A stretch of DNA of 64,000 nt from Ophelia neglecta. Taxonomy: Eukaryota. The stretch is from positions 47,430,001 through 47,494,000 of the forward strand of contig OZ260666.1 in assembly GCA_965285935.1 (NCBI GenBank), given 5' to 3'. Of the stretch, positions 1 through 11,500 are shown one piece after another; the first letter of the stretch is position 1, and each line of letters starts with the position of its first letter. The notes beneath the pieces are model-generated. The model was not told the origin of the DNA. It saw only the letters and a list, made by a program, of their open reading frames with translations, and did no database searches. The translations under genes and the position numbers were made by a program.

Positions 1-1969
1 TTTAATCTATATGGTACTTTGACCATCACATCGGAGCAATTGAATGGATTATTCCAGTTTAGTGATTTTTCTTTGTCTGCTGGGTATTCATTCTCGTCTT
101 TCCCCTCTGTTTCTATGTATATTTTGTTTCCAATTCTATTTCTTGCTTCATGCATATTATATGGGATATTTTGCGATTTTTGTGTGTGTGCCTAACATTG
201 TGATATTTTGAAGCAACACATCGTTTGTAATTGAATTTAGAGGTGTTTAAAGTATCCTGACACTGCCTCAGCAGCTAATATTGTCATGGCAACATCCAAT
301 ATATAAAGTACCTTTATCAGCGAAAGCATGGCGCATTGAATTCCTGTACTTATGAATAATTGACCAGGTTTTGGCACCAGCTTCGGATTCTCACAGCTTA
401 TTTACTATTGATAGTCTCATGGTGAATGTCAATGTAAAGCAGGATGAAGGTAAATTGAACACCAAATAGCCAATTTTCCTGCAGTTTTCTTTGATACTGT
501 TTGCTTTTTGACAAAGCTCTCCTGTACTTGGTCTCCAATTACACCTGATAATTTCATATTTTACATATCACAATAGTATATGTTCAACGGCATTGTTAGA
601 AAGACTCGGGCCATGAAAATATTTTCAAGTGTGTATTATCTTATTTAATAAGCAAAAACACACGAAGCGCTTTTAGCACTCGGCCTTCTGATATGTACTA
701 TTCCACTATAAGTAATCTTTGACTATCGGGGTGTTTATCAGTGAGTATTGGCCTATTTACAACGTAAAAACAAAAATAAAAATAAGTTACTAATTACCCA
801 AACACAAGTGCTTCAAAAGGTTCTTTTCAAGGTCAATTCACTACAAGCAATAAGATGTTTATCATAAATATTTTGATATTTTAACCAAATGGATAATCCT
901 AAATTCAAAAATACAGCTGTTAGTCCATCTTAAAGGGTCTGTGATATTTCTTACCCTGATAAGAACAAATATGCCGAGAATCACATGTATACGTCAAGAC
1001 TATATGTTGCAAATAAAGCAGAGCCATGCCAATGAATTGTATCGTTTTTAAAGTGGCCATGTTAAGTAAGCCGTCGTTTGGATGTTAATGAGACGAATGC
1101 AATGGCAGACACAGGGTATGTCAACGGAGGCGGACGCCAATTAACCATCAAAGCTTGGACGTCTATACAGAGACTTGTTAAAAATAATCATTAATTCGCT
1201 CGGCTCTTGCTAATGGACATAGAGTGGCGTCTACTTTCCATGGTCATCTTTAGAAGGCGCCATGCTGTTGCATCGCTTGTCCTTTCACGTACATATAAAA
1301 CGCCACCGAATAGCGTACACAAAAGACGTCATCTTGCCTAAAGACCAAGGTATGTTGGCGCAGCTGCAAAGTCGCTATCTTCAGGCTATGGCTCCTGTTC
1401 TATAAATTGTCATATACCACGTGACCATTCGTAATGTGGCAGGGTGTCTAGCAGAGGGCCTGGTGACTCCATTTATTCTTGGACTTCCGGCTCTGGTTTA
1501 TCAGTCATGTGATCAAATTGTGTCGCCTATACATAGACACAGAAGATCAAGAAACCGGAAGACAGCCTTTCGATTTCTTTGAATGGCAGCTATGGCAACA
1601 CCCCAATGTGTGAAGGAAAACCTAGCATGCTTATGGAGTTAAGATTGGTGAGCTATAATAAGTGTAAGACAAGATTAAACGCTTTGGCAGCAGGCATACT
1701 ACGCAGGAGAGATGCGCCTTAATGACAAGTTTAACTAACCAGAGTCCGTACAGTGTCAATGAGGGTGTATTGAACGATGATTATAGGAGAACTCACTGTC
1801 TGATGTGCCGCTTTGAAGCCATGTCCGGGGCCGTATTTATTTACAAGCGTACGCTCGGGCAGGGCTGTGCGTGATGAGAAAGGAAGTGGCTGTGTGCGAC
1901 GAGAGTCGATAGTCGAGCAATCAATATTGGTGGCAGTATGGCTGTGTAAGGGGCGCAGAATGGCCTACA

Positions 1970-2000
1970 TATAAATATACACACAGTATCGGCTTCAGAA
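1970..2000 (+). promoter_or_regulatory. Candidate core promoter of the ebony-like gene (TATA box plus Inr-like TCAGAA)
   Basis: TATAAA at 1970-1975 and TTCAGAAT with A at 1997 (about 27 nt downstream), roughly 820 bp upstream of the ATG. 5'UTR introns are possible (GT donors at 2131 and 2401; AG acceptors ending 2252 and 2699) but unverified. Confidence 0.3.
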
Positions 2001-2816
2001 TCCTGCAATCGGAAGTACTGTCAGACACTGCGCCCCCTCATTTCACGCAAAAAGCAGTCTCTGCGAGCAAGACACGAAGGCCCAAGGAGATTTGCTGCCA
2101 TCGCTATAAACAGAACAACCGTGTGAAACTGTATGAGATGGAATAACGGCCCCGACATAGAAATATACGGCGTGGTGTTATTAAAGGATGCTTTAATATT
2201 GGTCTTTCCCTTTACCAACGCCTTGCAGCATTCTTGGCTTTCTGCCTGTCAGGTCGACTTAGCTTGCGTGTTGACATATTGGTCTTGCACAGTCTCGGAT
2301 GTTATCTGGAAACACACATAAGGTCATCTCAAGAGATTTGTCAGTCCGACGGAACGCTACAGGACTCGAGTTGGCCAAGCGCCGAGGAGATGCAGTGACT
2401 GTAAGGAGGGTTTTATTTTTCCCATCTGCATGAGGCGTGGACTTTACAATTAAATTAGTTTGACTATAAACACGTTTTATTCCAAAAACTGGTAATATTG
2501 TTATCTGCTGTAGATATATTGCTGAACCCAACAGCATTCGCATTCATGAAATGACTGTCCTTTCATTAGTCCACACAGTGGCATCGAATTCAGCCGGCGT
2601 CTCCATTACCGGAAATTAAGGCAGGAAAACACAGTTGACAGCCTTGTTGCATTGCTAGCAATCTCGCCACACTAAGCAGTCAATAGGGCTACATTTCAGG
2701 ATAACATTATTTATTAATTTGTCCACATTGGACACTGTGTGGGTGTCTCAACATTCGGCTTCTACAATTGTCAATAATAATTTTTTTAAATTCTGACTTT
2801 CCCTTGACATAAAAAC

Positions 2817-5357
2817 ATGGATATACGGAACAGAGTAAGCAAGGCGAGAAGGAACATTGCCGGAAAGATTTCAAGATTCCTGGACACCATTAACAATATC
2901 AGCATTTTGAGGGGTGAGGAGTTGGAGATCCCGGACGCATCTATTCCTGACTACTGGCGGGCCTGGCTCGATGAGGTCCGAGCATGGGAGAAAGTGGCAG
3001 TACTGGCTGGTCATCGTTCCTATACCTACCGCGCACTTGATCAGGAATCAGACCGAATACTGACAGTTTGCAGGCAGAAATGGCAGATGAAAACAGTTAT
3101 TGATGACTGTGTTATCGCCCTTTTTATCCCGCCATCATTTGAAAGGATTGCTGCGCTCATGGCCATATTGAAAATGGGATGTGCCTATATGCCTCTCGAG
3201 GAATCATTGCCAACAGCTCGTATAAGTCTTATGGTGGGCGAGGCGGAAGTGAAATATATTCTCACAACTTCCGAGCTAGCCAAGACATTTGCTGACGAGG
3301 ACTTCCTGGATTTGCAATTAAATATATTAAGTTATGCTGAAATAAAGGATCTATACGTTGAACCGAAAGAAGATGAGGTAAAAGATGAAGAGGTTCCCGA
3401 AGAAAAGAAAACAGATGTGGACAATGTAAATGAGATAAAAACCAATGGAACCAGTAGCAATCTTAACAAGCTGGTATCTGTGGTGTACACTTCCGGTAGT
3501 ACTGGAATATCTAAGGGAGTAAAGCTACGCACGGGCAATATAATGAACCGTCTCTTCTGGTACTGGAAAACGTTTCCATTCGGCGAGAACGAGGTTGGCT
3601 GCCACAAAACGTCATTCTTATTCATTGACTCTTTGACTGAAATTTTAGCTTGTGTGCTTCATGGTGTCCCGTTAGTAGTTCTTTCTAGTGAAAAGGCCCA
3701 GAACCCCTGTCAACTTCTGAAATCCATAAATGAGCACAAAGTATCTCGCCTCGTCCTCGTTCCTTCTCTCCTTCATTCGATGTTAGATATATGCGAAATG
3801 GAGAACTCTTTCGATCTGCTACAGCATCTAGAACTAGTCATCAGCAGTGGAGAACCACTGCCAGTCAATCTGGCCCACCGTTTCTTTGCACATGCGCCTG
3901 GAGCGTGCGTACTGGCAAATTTCTACGGCAGTACGGAGACAACTGGAGATGTATTCGCCAAGGTTTATTTCAACGATGGCGATGTTGACTATTTTCAAAT
4001 AGATAATAGTTTGTGCGTCGGGGCACCAATATCCAACACCAACGTGGTCATACTGAACAGGGAGGAAGAGCCGGTGAGAGAAGGAGAGCTGGGAATGATC
4101 TACATAAGCGGCCAAAACGTAGCAGACGGTTATGTCCGCAGTGGCTCAGACACTTTGTTTATTGATAACAAGTTCGACAACAGGCCAGGCCATGAGTTCC
4201 TATTTAACACGGGGGACATTGGTCTTGTCAAAGATGGCAAATTGTTTCTCTTCGGCCGGGCAGACGACATCATGAAAATCAGAGGCCATCGAGTAAATAT
4301 GTTAGAAATAGAGAAAGTAGTAGACAAGATCAAGTCAATTCAGCGCCGAGTTATTATTCCATGTCACGTCGGGGACCAGACCATGCCAGTTTGCTTCTGT
4401 CAGCTAGAGAAGGACAGCAACACAAATAAAGAGGATATTATACAAATTTTGCGTGGAGTTCTCCCAGCTTTCATGGTTCCTAGAGTTTTTATCATAGAGG
4501 AGTTCCCCTCTCAACCGTCTACAGGCAAAATCGACCGACAGGCCCTCAAGGAAATATTCTATCTGAAGCACGCTAACTCGCAATCCATCAAAGATGTCAG
4601 CGTTTGGGAAAGCATTCTGAACACTATTGTCCGTAACCTAGGAATCAGCCAATCTGACATCAAAAGTGACGACAATTTTATAGCACTTGGCGGAAATTCG
4701 CTAAGTGCTGTATCCACAATTGTCGAACTGAAAAGAATGGGATATTGCGTTTCCTTGGAACATTTTCTTCAGGTTTCAGACTTTCCAAAGTTTTGTAAAG
4801 ACCTAGCATCTAAGAGAAACTATAAGAAAAAACCGACAGTAGGCATATCAACTGATATAGAAAACTACAAACTAGAACAAGTAACCAGTCTACATGACGA
4901 TGACAGCAAGAAGACGATCCAGCTGCTGGCGACTGAATTCTCGAGGAAGAACCCACTAGATATCCTTGCTGGTTCAAGCCCACAACAAGTCGAGCGCCTC
5001 GTTATGAGTATCTGGAATGAAGTTCTTCACGACGACCTGTCTTTCGTGGTACGTGATGTCGCCAAAGGTAAAATAGTGGCCGTTACAATCCTTCTAGATG
5101 CCAATACCAATATAAACCCGGAGTTCGTCATGTATCATGTTGGAGCCATCAATGACGAGGTTGAACGCCCGGTAAAGGAACGTCTGCTCCGAGAAGGCGG
5201 TCATTGGGCGGACTCGATACTGAACGCAGTCGACTCCGGCGTGGCTGGAGACGAAGCCTTGATCATTCTACAGTTCATGGAGGAAGAGGTTCTCAGAGTG
5301 GCAGAGAGAAGAGGCTATGATGGAATTGTCACAGTCAACTCTCACCCTGTTACCATG
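2817..5357 (+). CDS. ebony: Ebony-like NRPS (beta-alanyl-biogenic-amine synthetase), coding exon 1: adenylation domain, thiolation domain and most of the C-terminal aaNAT-like domain
   Basis: 847 codons with NRPS A-domain core motifs YTSGSTGISKGV, SSGEPL, NFYGSTE, FNTGD, GRADDIMKIRGHRV and STGKIDR. Ebony-type NRLFWYW and HKTSFLFIDS. PCP motif DNFIALGGNSL (Ser628, 4698-4700). Ebony-like C-terminal blocks DLSFVVRD and FMEEEVLRVAERRGYDGIVTVNSHPVT. Ends at the donor ATG|GTTTGA (5357/5358). Confidence 0.93.
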
Positions 5358-6360
5358 GTTTGAATTTATCATAATTTCGCTCCGAATTCGTATGCCATAT
5401 ATATTTAAAGTAACAAGTGGCTTGTTTGGAAACTCTTCAAAATGGAATTTTTAAAGATTTTGTCCACAGTATGGGAGCCTAAATTGTATGGGCAGTAACC
5501 AAACGTAACTGGTAACCCATCAAATACGATTACGTCTACGGGTTATTTTGAATCACCAGACTGGGTTATTTCTGGGTCAACATGGATTTTGTCTTACTGT
5601 GCGTTATTGCACAGCTGAACACTGTACAAAAGCTCTGTACTGTGTTGTCATTGAAGTTCACAAGCCTGGATGTTTAGTGTGCGTCCTCTACATGCCAGCA
5701 AGCTGCAACGTTAAAGTATTGTGTACTCCGGGCTAATATTAAAAAAGACAGTTATATGTTTATATTATAATTATAATACTATCACACATTTCATATCCGT
5801 TCAATATCTGCCGCAACATGGTTATACTTGGTCAAGTGCACAAGTCGCTTGAGGGAAGATCGACGGCAGGTTTGAAGAAAAACAACTGCTTGTCTTGACA
5901 TAGCATGTCATAAACGTATTAGCAATTTCCGTCAAACAGTCAGAATTGACGGTTGCCATAGTCCAGTGATGCGTATGTTATTGAAAACGCAGATTTTGCG
6001 CCACTGGTACCATGATCATGCGCACAAAAATAGTTCATTTAAGGGAAACATATACGCCCTCAATCCATGTCCAAATTCCATGCGTTTGATAATGCTAGAG
6101 AAAAGTGGAATTGATTGGAATTGTTTAATGTTTACTTCATCAAAACATCCCATATGTTAATTGTTATACATACTACTAAAATAGATGCCAAAAATGTAGA
6201 AATTGCAGAAAAACATTGATACTGATCTGCTCTCTCATATGCGATCCTGTATGACTAATTACTCAATACGAGAACTTACGGATACTTATAAGGTCTGTGG
6301 CATTCTTCAGACCTTTATCATACGTATAGTATACAATATACGTCTTTTTTTAACTTTCAG
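5358..6360 (+). other. Phase-0 GT-AG intron of the ebony-like gene (1003 bp)
   Basis: Starts GTTTGA and ends with the polypyrimidine tract cgtcttttttttaactttcAG. Removing it joins two in-frame Ebony-homologous segments. Confidence 0.85.
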
Positions 6361-6498
6361 GCTATGGACGAGCATTATTTTGGGTACTCTGTAGAAAACG
6401 AGATCCAGGTGAAAGAATGGCAGTACCAAGGCAAAACACCCTTTGACAAGGCAGACGAAGATTACGTCATCAAGGCTATGGTTAAGCGATTGACATAG
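6361..6498 (+). CDS. ebony: Ebony-like NRPS, terminal coding exon 2 (AMDEHYFGYSVENEIQVKEWQYQGKTPFDKADEDYVIKAMVKRLT*)
   Basis: Strong acceptor at 6360. The 45 codons plus TAG are in frame with exon 1 and match the Ebony C-terminal pattern (Y..GY.....QV..Y...G..PF..A.D.......K). Not present in the supplied ORF track in this frame. Confidence 0.88.
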   Translation, partial: AMDEHYFGYSVENEIQVKEWQYQGKTPFDKADEDYVIKAMVKRLT

Positions 6499-6712
6499 TA
6501 TGTCAAATGTTTAAACACTTACATGGGTATCAGTTTGATTTGAAAAATAATTATAAGAATGTCTGTTGTAAATTACTTATAGTTGTATTAATTCAACCTA
6601 TAACCTTAACAAAGGTAGAGTAGATGAAAACTATTAGAATTCTATAGAAATACTTTACTGTGGCCAACTACAGTGGCCGTTATTGTGAGGTGAGTGCATT
6701 CCCTTATTTTAC

Positions 6713-7386
6713 TACATTAAGCAAATAAGGACCGCCAATGTGGGCAACATGATGAATTATGATCCCCGAGGGAATATGCCTGCAGTTATAGCACGCTGAG
6801 GCATATTCCCGAGGGGATCATAATTCTTCCTGTTGACCGAAATATGGCATTCATTATTTGTTTTATTATACACCCAATATGTACTCTAAGAGCCCTTTGC
6901 TGAATATCATATCAACATGTTGCTATGGCAATCACCGATTTGTTTGTCTCGGCGAATGTTTCGAAGAGATCGCTGGATTTGTTCTTTCGTTTTTTGTCCT
7001 ATTGGAATCGGCATAGTTCCCTAACTCGTTCAAAAAATCGAAAGACACTAGTTGAATTTCAGAAACCTTGTATCGTCTGCTATGTTGAGGAAAAGATTAT
7101 ATCTGTGCTTTGTGATGCAGATTTCAATCCCGGAAGTGCTGTATCGGTCCATAACCGAGAGAATTGTAGCGTTCTACACTTGCTCCACTTGAGCGAGAAT
7201 AGGTCGAAACTGTTAAGAGGGCGGGCGCATTTTATTGCTTCAAAACATACGTTACAAACAGTTACTATTGATCGGTCAGAAGTACTAGACTATCAACAGT
7301 GGGGAAGCAGTGCTTGATCAGACATCCCATGTGACCATTTGTTCAGGACGAATGAGGACCCTCTTAACATATAAGGTATATAATAA
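6713..7386. mobile_element. Non-autonomous fold-back DNA element (possibly Crypton-type) just downstream of the ebony stop codon
   Basis: Inverted repeat with core arms 6745-6781 and 6799-6835 (33/37 complementary), extending imperfectly to about 6713-6870. A second IR pair TTATTATACACC (6863-6874) and GGTATATAATAA (7375-7386) closes the element. Class assignment is inference. Confidence 0.55.
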
Positions 7387-8540
7387 TGATAATTATTATT
7401 CGATGGGAAGTTGACGCCGCGCCTAGAAATTAACACACAATTATTTTCTTGAAGCACGCTCTAGCGTTTTGAACAACATCCAATTAGCTGCTGAAACCTA
7501 TACATGGATACACAATATTTGTGGACCACGGGACTCTTCCAGGTTGATGTTATAATTTTTTAAATAAGAATGTGTGCAGGTCTCTGATCTGTACTCGGTG
7601 TGGTGAAATCGATATAGCGATTGGTCTGAAACAGTAACTTTGTTACCGTCTGTTAATACGCTAACATGTCTGTCAATCTGTGTCAATATTTTTATTCAAA
7701 TCGTAGTCATTAGGGCCGGAAAGAGCACAACCGTGCGTGTAAAGGTCACATCTCGTACCCTCACTTCAGTTGTAGGATGAACACGCATGCTCATTCTTGA
7801 TTTCTTGGAGAAGAGATTATTGTGGTACAATTTCCACATTCCGAGATTGCAAATCTTCGCAGATAAACAAAGCTAGGTAATTTATGATGACCAGACTTTA
7901 GACTCTACTTTTACTCAATTATCCCTGCCATTGGTGCGACAAACGTTCTTCAGGGAACCAGTGCATATAAACTGCACCTGAAAATGTTGTTTTCCTTATG
8001 CACAAAAAGGGCACTTGTTTCTTCTTCTTGAATTTAAGCGAAAAGCGCTTAATCACTTTTCTCATTTCCTGCCAGTTGCTTTTCAAAAATTGGTCAGGGT
8101 GACACATTGGTCTTTTCTAAATTGCGATCATGTTTTGGGAAACAGAAAAGTAAGATTTGTGCATGATTGGCAACAATGATAGAACGTAATGTATGTTAAG
8201 ACAAAATTATTAAACGGGATTATAACCTTACATATTAATATGTAGCCAAGTTAATATTCACGGTTCTTGCAGACTCTTAGCACGCGCAAAAAAGTAAATT
8301 ACATTGTCATTTGCATGTATGTTAATGTTAAATGAAAAATATATTAATCGTTATTACCTGTTGATTCACCTCATTGTTATTATATTGTTATTGGATATTG
8401 TGGTATATTTTAAAAAGTACTTTCAACACGTATTGAACGTATTTATGATACTGTCACTTGGCCGTGGTAACATCTAATCAGTGGACGTGATGAGGCTCTC
8501 AAAACTATATGTGAAAGTACAATGTTTATTCATTTATGTT

Positions 8541-8546
8541 AATAAA
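8541..8546 (+). terminator. Candidate polyadenylation signal of the ebony-like gene
   Basis: First AATAAA I found after the stop at 6498, at the end of an AU/UGUA-rich stretch (about 8200-8550). An ATTAAA variant lies near 8209. Confidence 0.35.
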
Positions 8547-11500
8547 ATTGATAAAAGACAGTTAAGCTTTGGGCCAATTTTATTCTTAAATTTGATTCAA
8601 TAACAATATACTACTATGACCTCTGGTTGCCAAATAGAAATCAGATTCCACAAGGGTTGTCAGTTTGAGTCTTACCGAAGTCAGTAAACTCCTTTGAATT
8701 TTCAATTCAAAAAATCAAATGTGAAATCAAAGTTTTCCTTTTTTTGTGTCCATGGGTGTGTGTACATATTATACTATATATAAAAATTAGCAGCAACATT
8801 TTTCCTCTAAAAAGCACACAAATTGTGAGAAAAGTGTTTAGTCCTAAAGAATCAAGGTAGTCCATATATTCATACATAAAAGAAGGTTTTAATCTTAATA
8901 GGCCTACTACTAAAGGATTTCTTTTTTTGCCATTCTGCAGCCTGATTTCATAAATGTATAGTAACCGAAATAAATTCGCTGTACAAAGTTGTCATTCCGC
9001 GAACCTCTTCCAGACCGGAAAGGATCCTCAGAATCCACAAAGGCCGTCATTATCGACAAGATATGTATGCCTCTTATCTCCCCATACACGTATCTCTCAG
9101 TGGCCCGAGAGATGCTACCATCACAGGTATATTGTCATGTTGCCAACTTTTAAGATTAGCATATAATATCAAAAGGTTACACGAAATTTTGAATTGATAA
9201 ATTATGTTGTGAGGATATCTGTTGATAACAGGTTTATTTCATTTCATATATAAGACATAATAACCATGTAACTTAACATAAGATTTGGCATTATTGAGGA
9301 AATACTGCTTTATGTCAGAATTATGAGGAGGTATTGCAGAGGCATTTGATTTACTGAACAATGACTCGACCCCTCTTCACACACAAAAAAGGAATCAGTC
9401 CAATTCACACACAGACCAAATCTCCAAGCGTGGTGGCAACAGGAATGAAGTGCTTTTTCATTTATCACACTTCCTCATTCATTAAAACGATGCTTTAACT
9501 ACAGACGATACATGAACTGCAGTTGATGCATCCTAAAAGAACTACGGCACAAGCCAGAGAACAACCGTGATTTTTAAATCCGGTAAGAGGTAAGGTGTGT
9601 AGATCTATCATGGAATCATACCGGTGCCAAATGACTGTCCGCATTCTGAGAGTATCCCGGACACTCATTTCTAAGGAATTAGTGTCCCGGACAGAGGAAA
9701 GACAAGGTCGGTTTAGGAGATTTTTTTCGTCTAAGTGTGTTGTTGCATACATTGTAGTTCTTTTTTTTTTGGAATTATCGATGTGAAATTCATCCTTATT
9801 GGCATTAACTTATATATTCGGCATGTCCGGAGTGTACATTTATTTTTCAAGGTCATTGCTCAAAAGCAAGGCCACAATAAAAATACCTTGCATCCCTTTG
9901 AATTTAATTCTATTACTATACCCTACCATGCTTGGGGGCTAGACATTCTTTCCATGGTCAAGGTTAGGAAAAAAATCACTGTCTACTTACAGACTTTTAG
10001 GAAGTAGTTTCGCCATCGTGATGGGCTGAAACTGTTGAGTGAAATGACGAATGGAGGCTTTTAGATGAGCGGAAGGGGATGTTCGCCACATTCTTTCAAA
10101 GGTTTATGCTTGGAAACGCTAGCATTTCGATGGCAATATGCTGTTATTGTTTTATTACTTTCATGCAGGGGTCATTGCATGATAAGCATATATAAAATGT
10201 AGTCAAAAAATGATCCCTCAAATGAAAAGCTGACCTCCTTGTAAAGTGCGCGTTCTGAAAGGTCAGAGAAATATCCACCGGATGTGCTCCTGAAGAAGAA
10301 ACGACCTTTTTGCCCTAGTCAAATTTTGTTGTATTTTTTTTGACTTAACGTTGAAACTTGCTGAGATAAGGCTATAGTGGTATTAATCTGACAATAAGAA
10401 ACCGTAGAAGTATACTGTACAGTCTTTTTCACATTTTCCGAAATGCTGTTATAACTTCACCCTGATGTTGTGATTCATCCAAGGCCAGTTTCCTCTATTC
10501 TGCGTATGCAGGAACTATAGTAGTTTCCAGACGCCAAAAGAGATATACTTGCGCACATTCGACAGATAGATTTTTAAAGGAATATTACCACTTTCCAACT
10601 TGGCCCTACAGTGCTTCAATAAAGCAGACATGACAGTTGTCGCACTACTGACGGCCAATAGGCCTATATTATTACAGAAAACATCAATACCAATCATATT
10701 TGCAGTCATTATAATATTGCAGGAATTGTAGTCTGCAAACTTTGTTGAAGATTAGAGTTGAATTTTTCTTGATTAATCGAATAGTTACCTGACATGAAGA
10801 AAAACATACAATATCTAGTTATTTTTTTGGGATATTAAGCTGAATGGCAGTTAGGTTGCATGTGCTATAGCTCATTCTCTCTTCTAGAATTGCCAAACTT
10901 TTTTGTTCAAATTTGTTGTCGAAGTTTGTCGCGACAAACTTTTTGTTGTTGAAAAAAACAGACCTATTTATTTAATGTTGTCGCGATAGACTTTTGTTTA
11001 TGAAAATACATCTCTTTTTTCTTTGATTAAATTTGACCCAAACAACAATTTTCTTCGAAATAGGCCTATGGCGACCTACTTTTTTCGCTTAACATTACAA
11101 TACTATAGCTTGGCGTTAATATTGGTTTCAGTTGGATGTCGCTATGAGGTTACGGGCCAACGAGACTTAAAACGGGATTTGGTCGATATCTCGAAATACC
11201 ACTCTCCATCGAGCGCGCGACAGGTTACGTCAACGCAATAGCATCTCTGATGTGTGGAGTGAGTTGAAATTTCATCCTTATTAACTGGGATTTGAACACA
11301 CATATTTAAATCAATCAATCATCGAAGAAAATCCAAACAAACAAATCTGAAAAAAAAGCTAAATAAAAACTGCATGGGCAAACAATTATGCCCGTGGATG
11401 CTTATTTCCATCCTCACACCAACAAACTGCATCGCCTGGCGCTCCCCTAAACTGAGACTTACAGGGTATTCTCAGTCTGACAATGATTCTTATATGGTCA

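Noticed and set aside
3332-4333. Short ORFs overlapping the NRPS (3332-3625, 3791-3988, 3834-4115, 4130-4333)
   Set aside because: Antisense or alternative-frame shadows of the real CDS with no recognisable motifs.
5358-5363. Stop codon of the 848-aa ORF as the true end of the NRPS
   Set aside because: It lies 3 nt inside a GT-AG intron. The Ebony-homologous C-terminus continues at 6361-6498.
2817-5363. Bacterial contaminant or bacterial NRPS gene cluster
   Set aside because: It has a spliceosomal intron, an Ebony-specific C-terminal domain, no condensation or TE domain, no operon neighbours, and animal repeats around it.
6925-7317. 130-aa ORF after ebony as an extra exon or gene
   Set aside because: It lies inside the fold-back element after the true stop and shows no protein-family features.
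7919-7977. Alternative DLamide terminal exon (GAVYMHWFPEERLSHQWQG*) after a ttttcAG acceptor
   Set aside because: Phase-compatible, but 14 kb away, overlapping the probable ebony 3'UTR, and with no peptide motif. Many such acceptors occur by chance.
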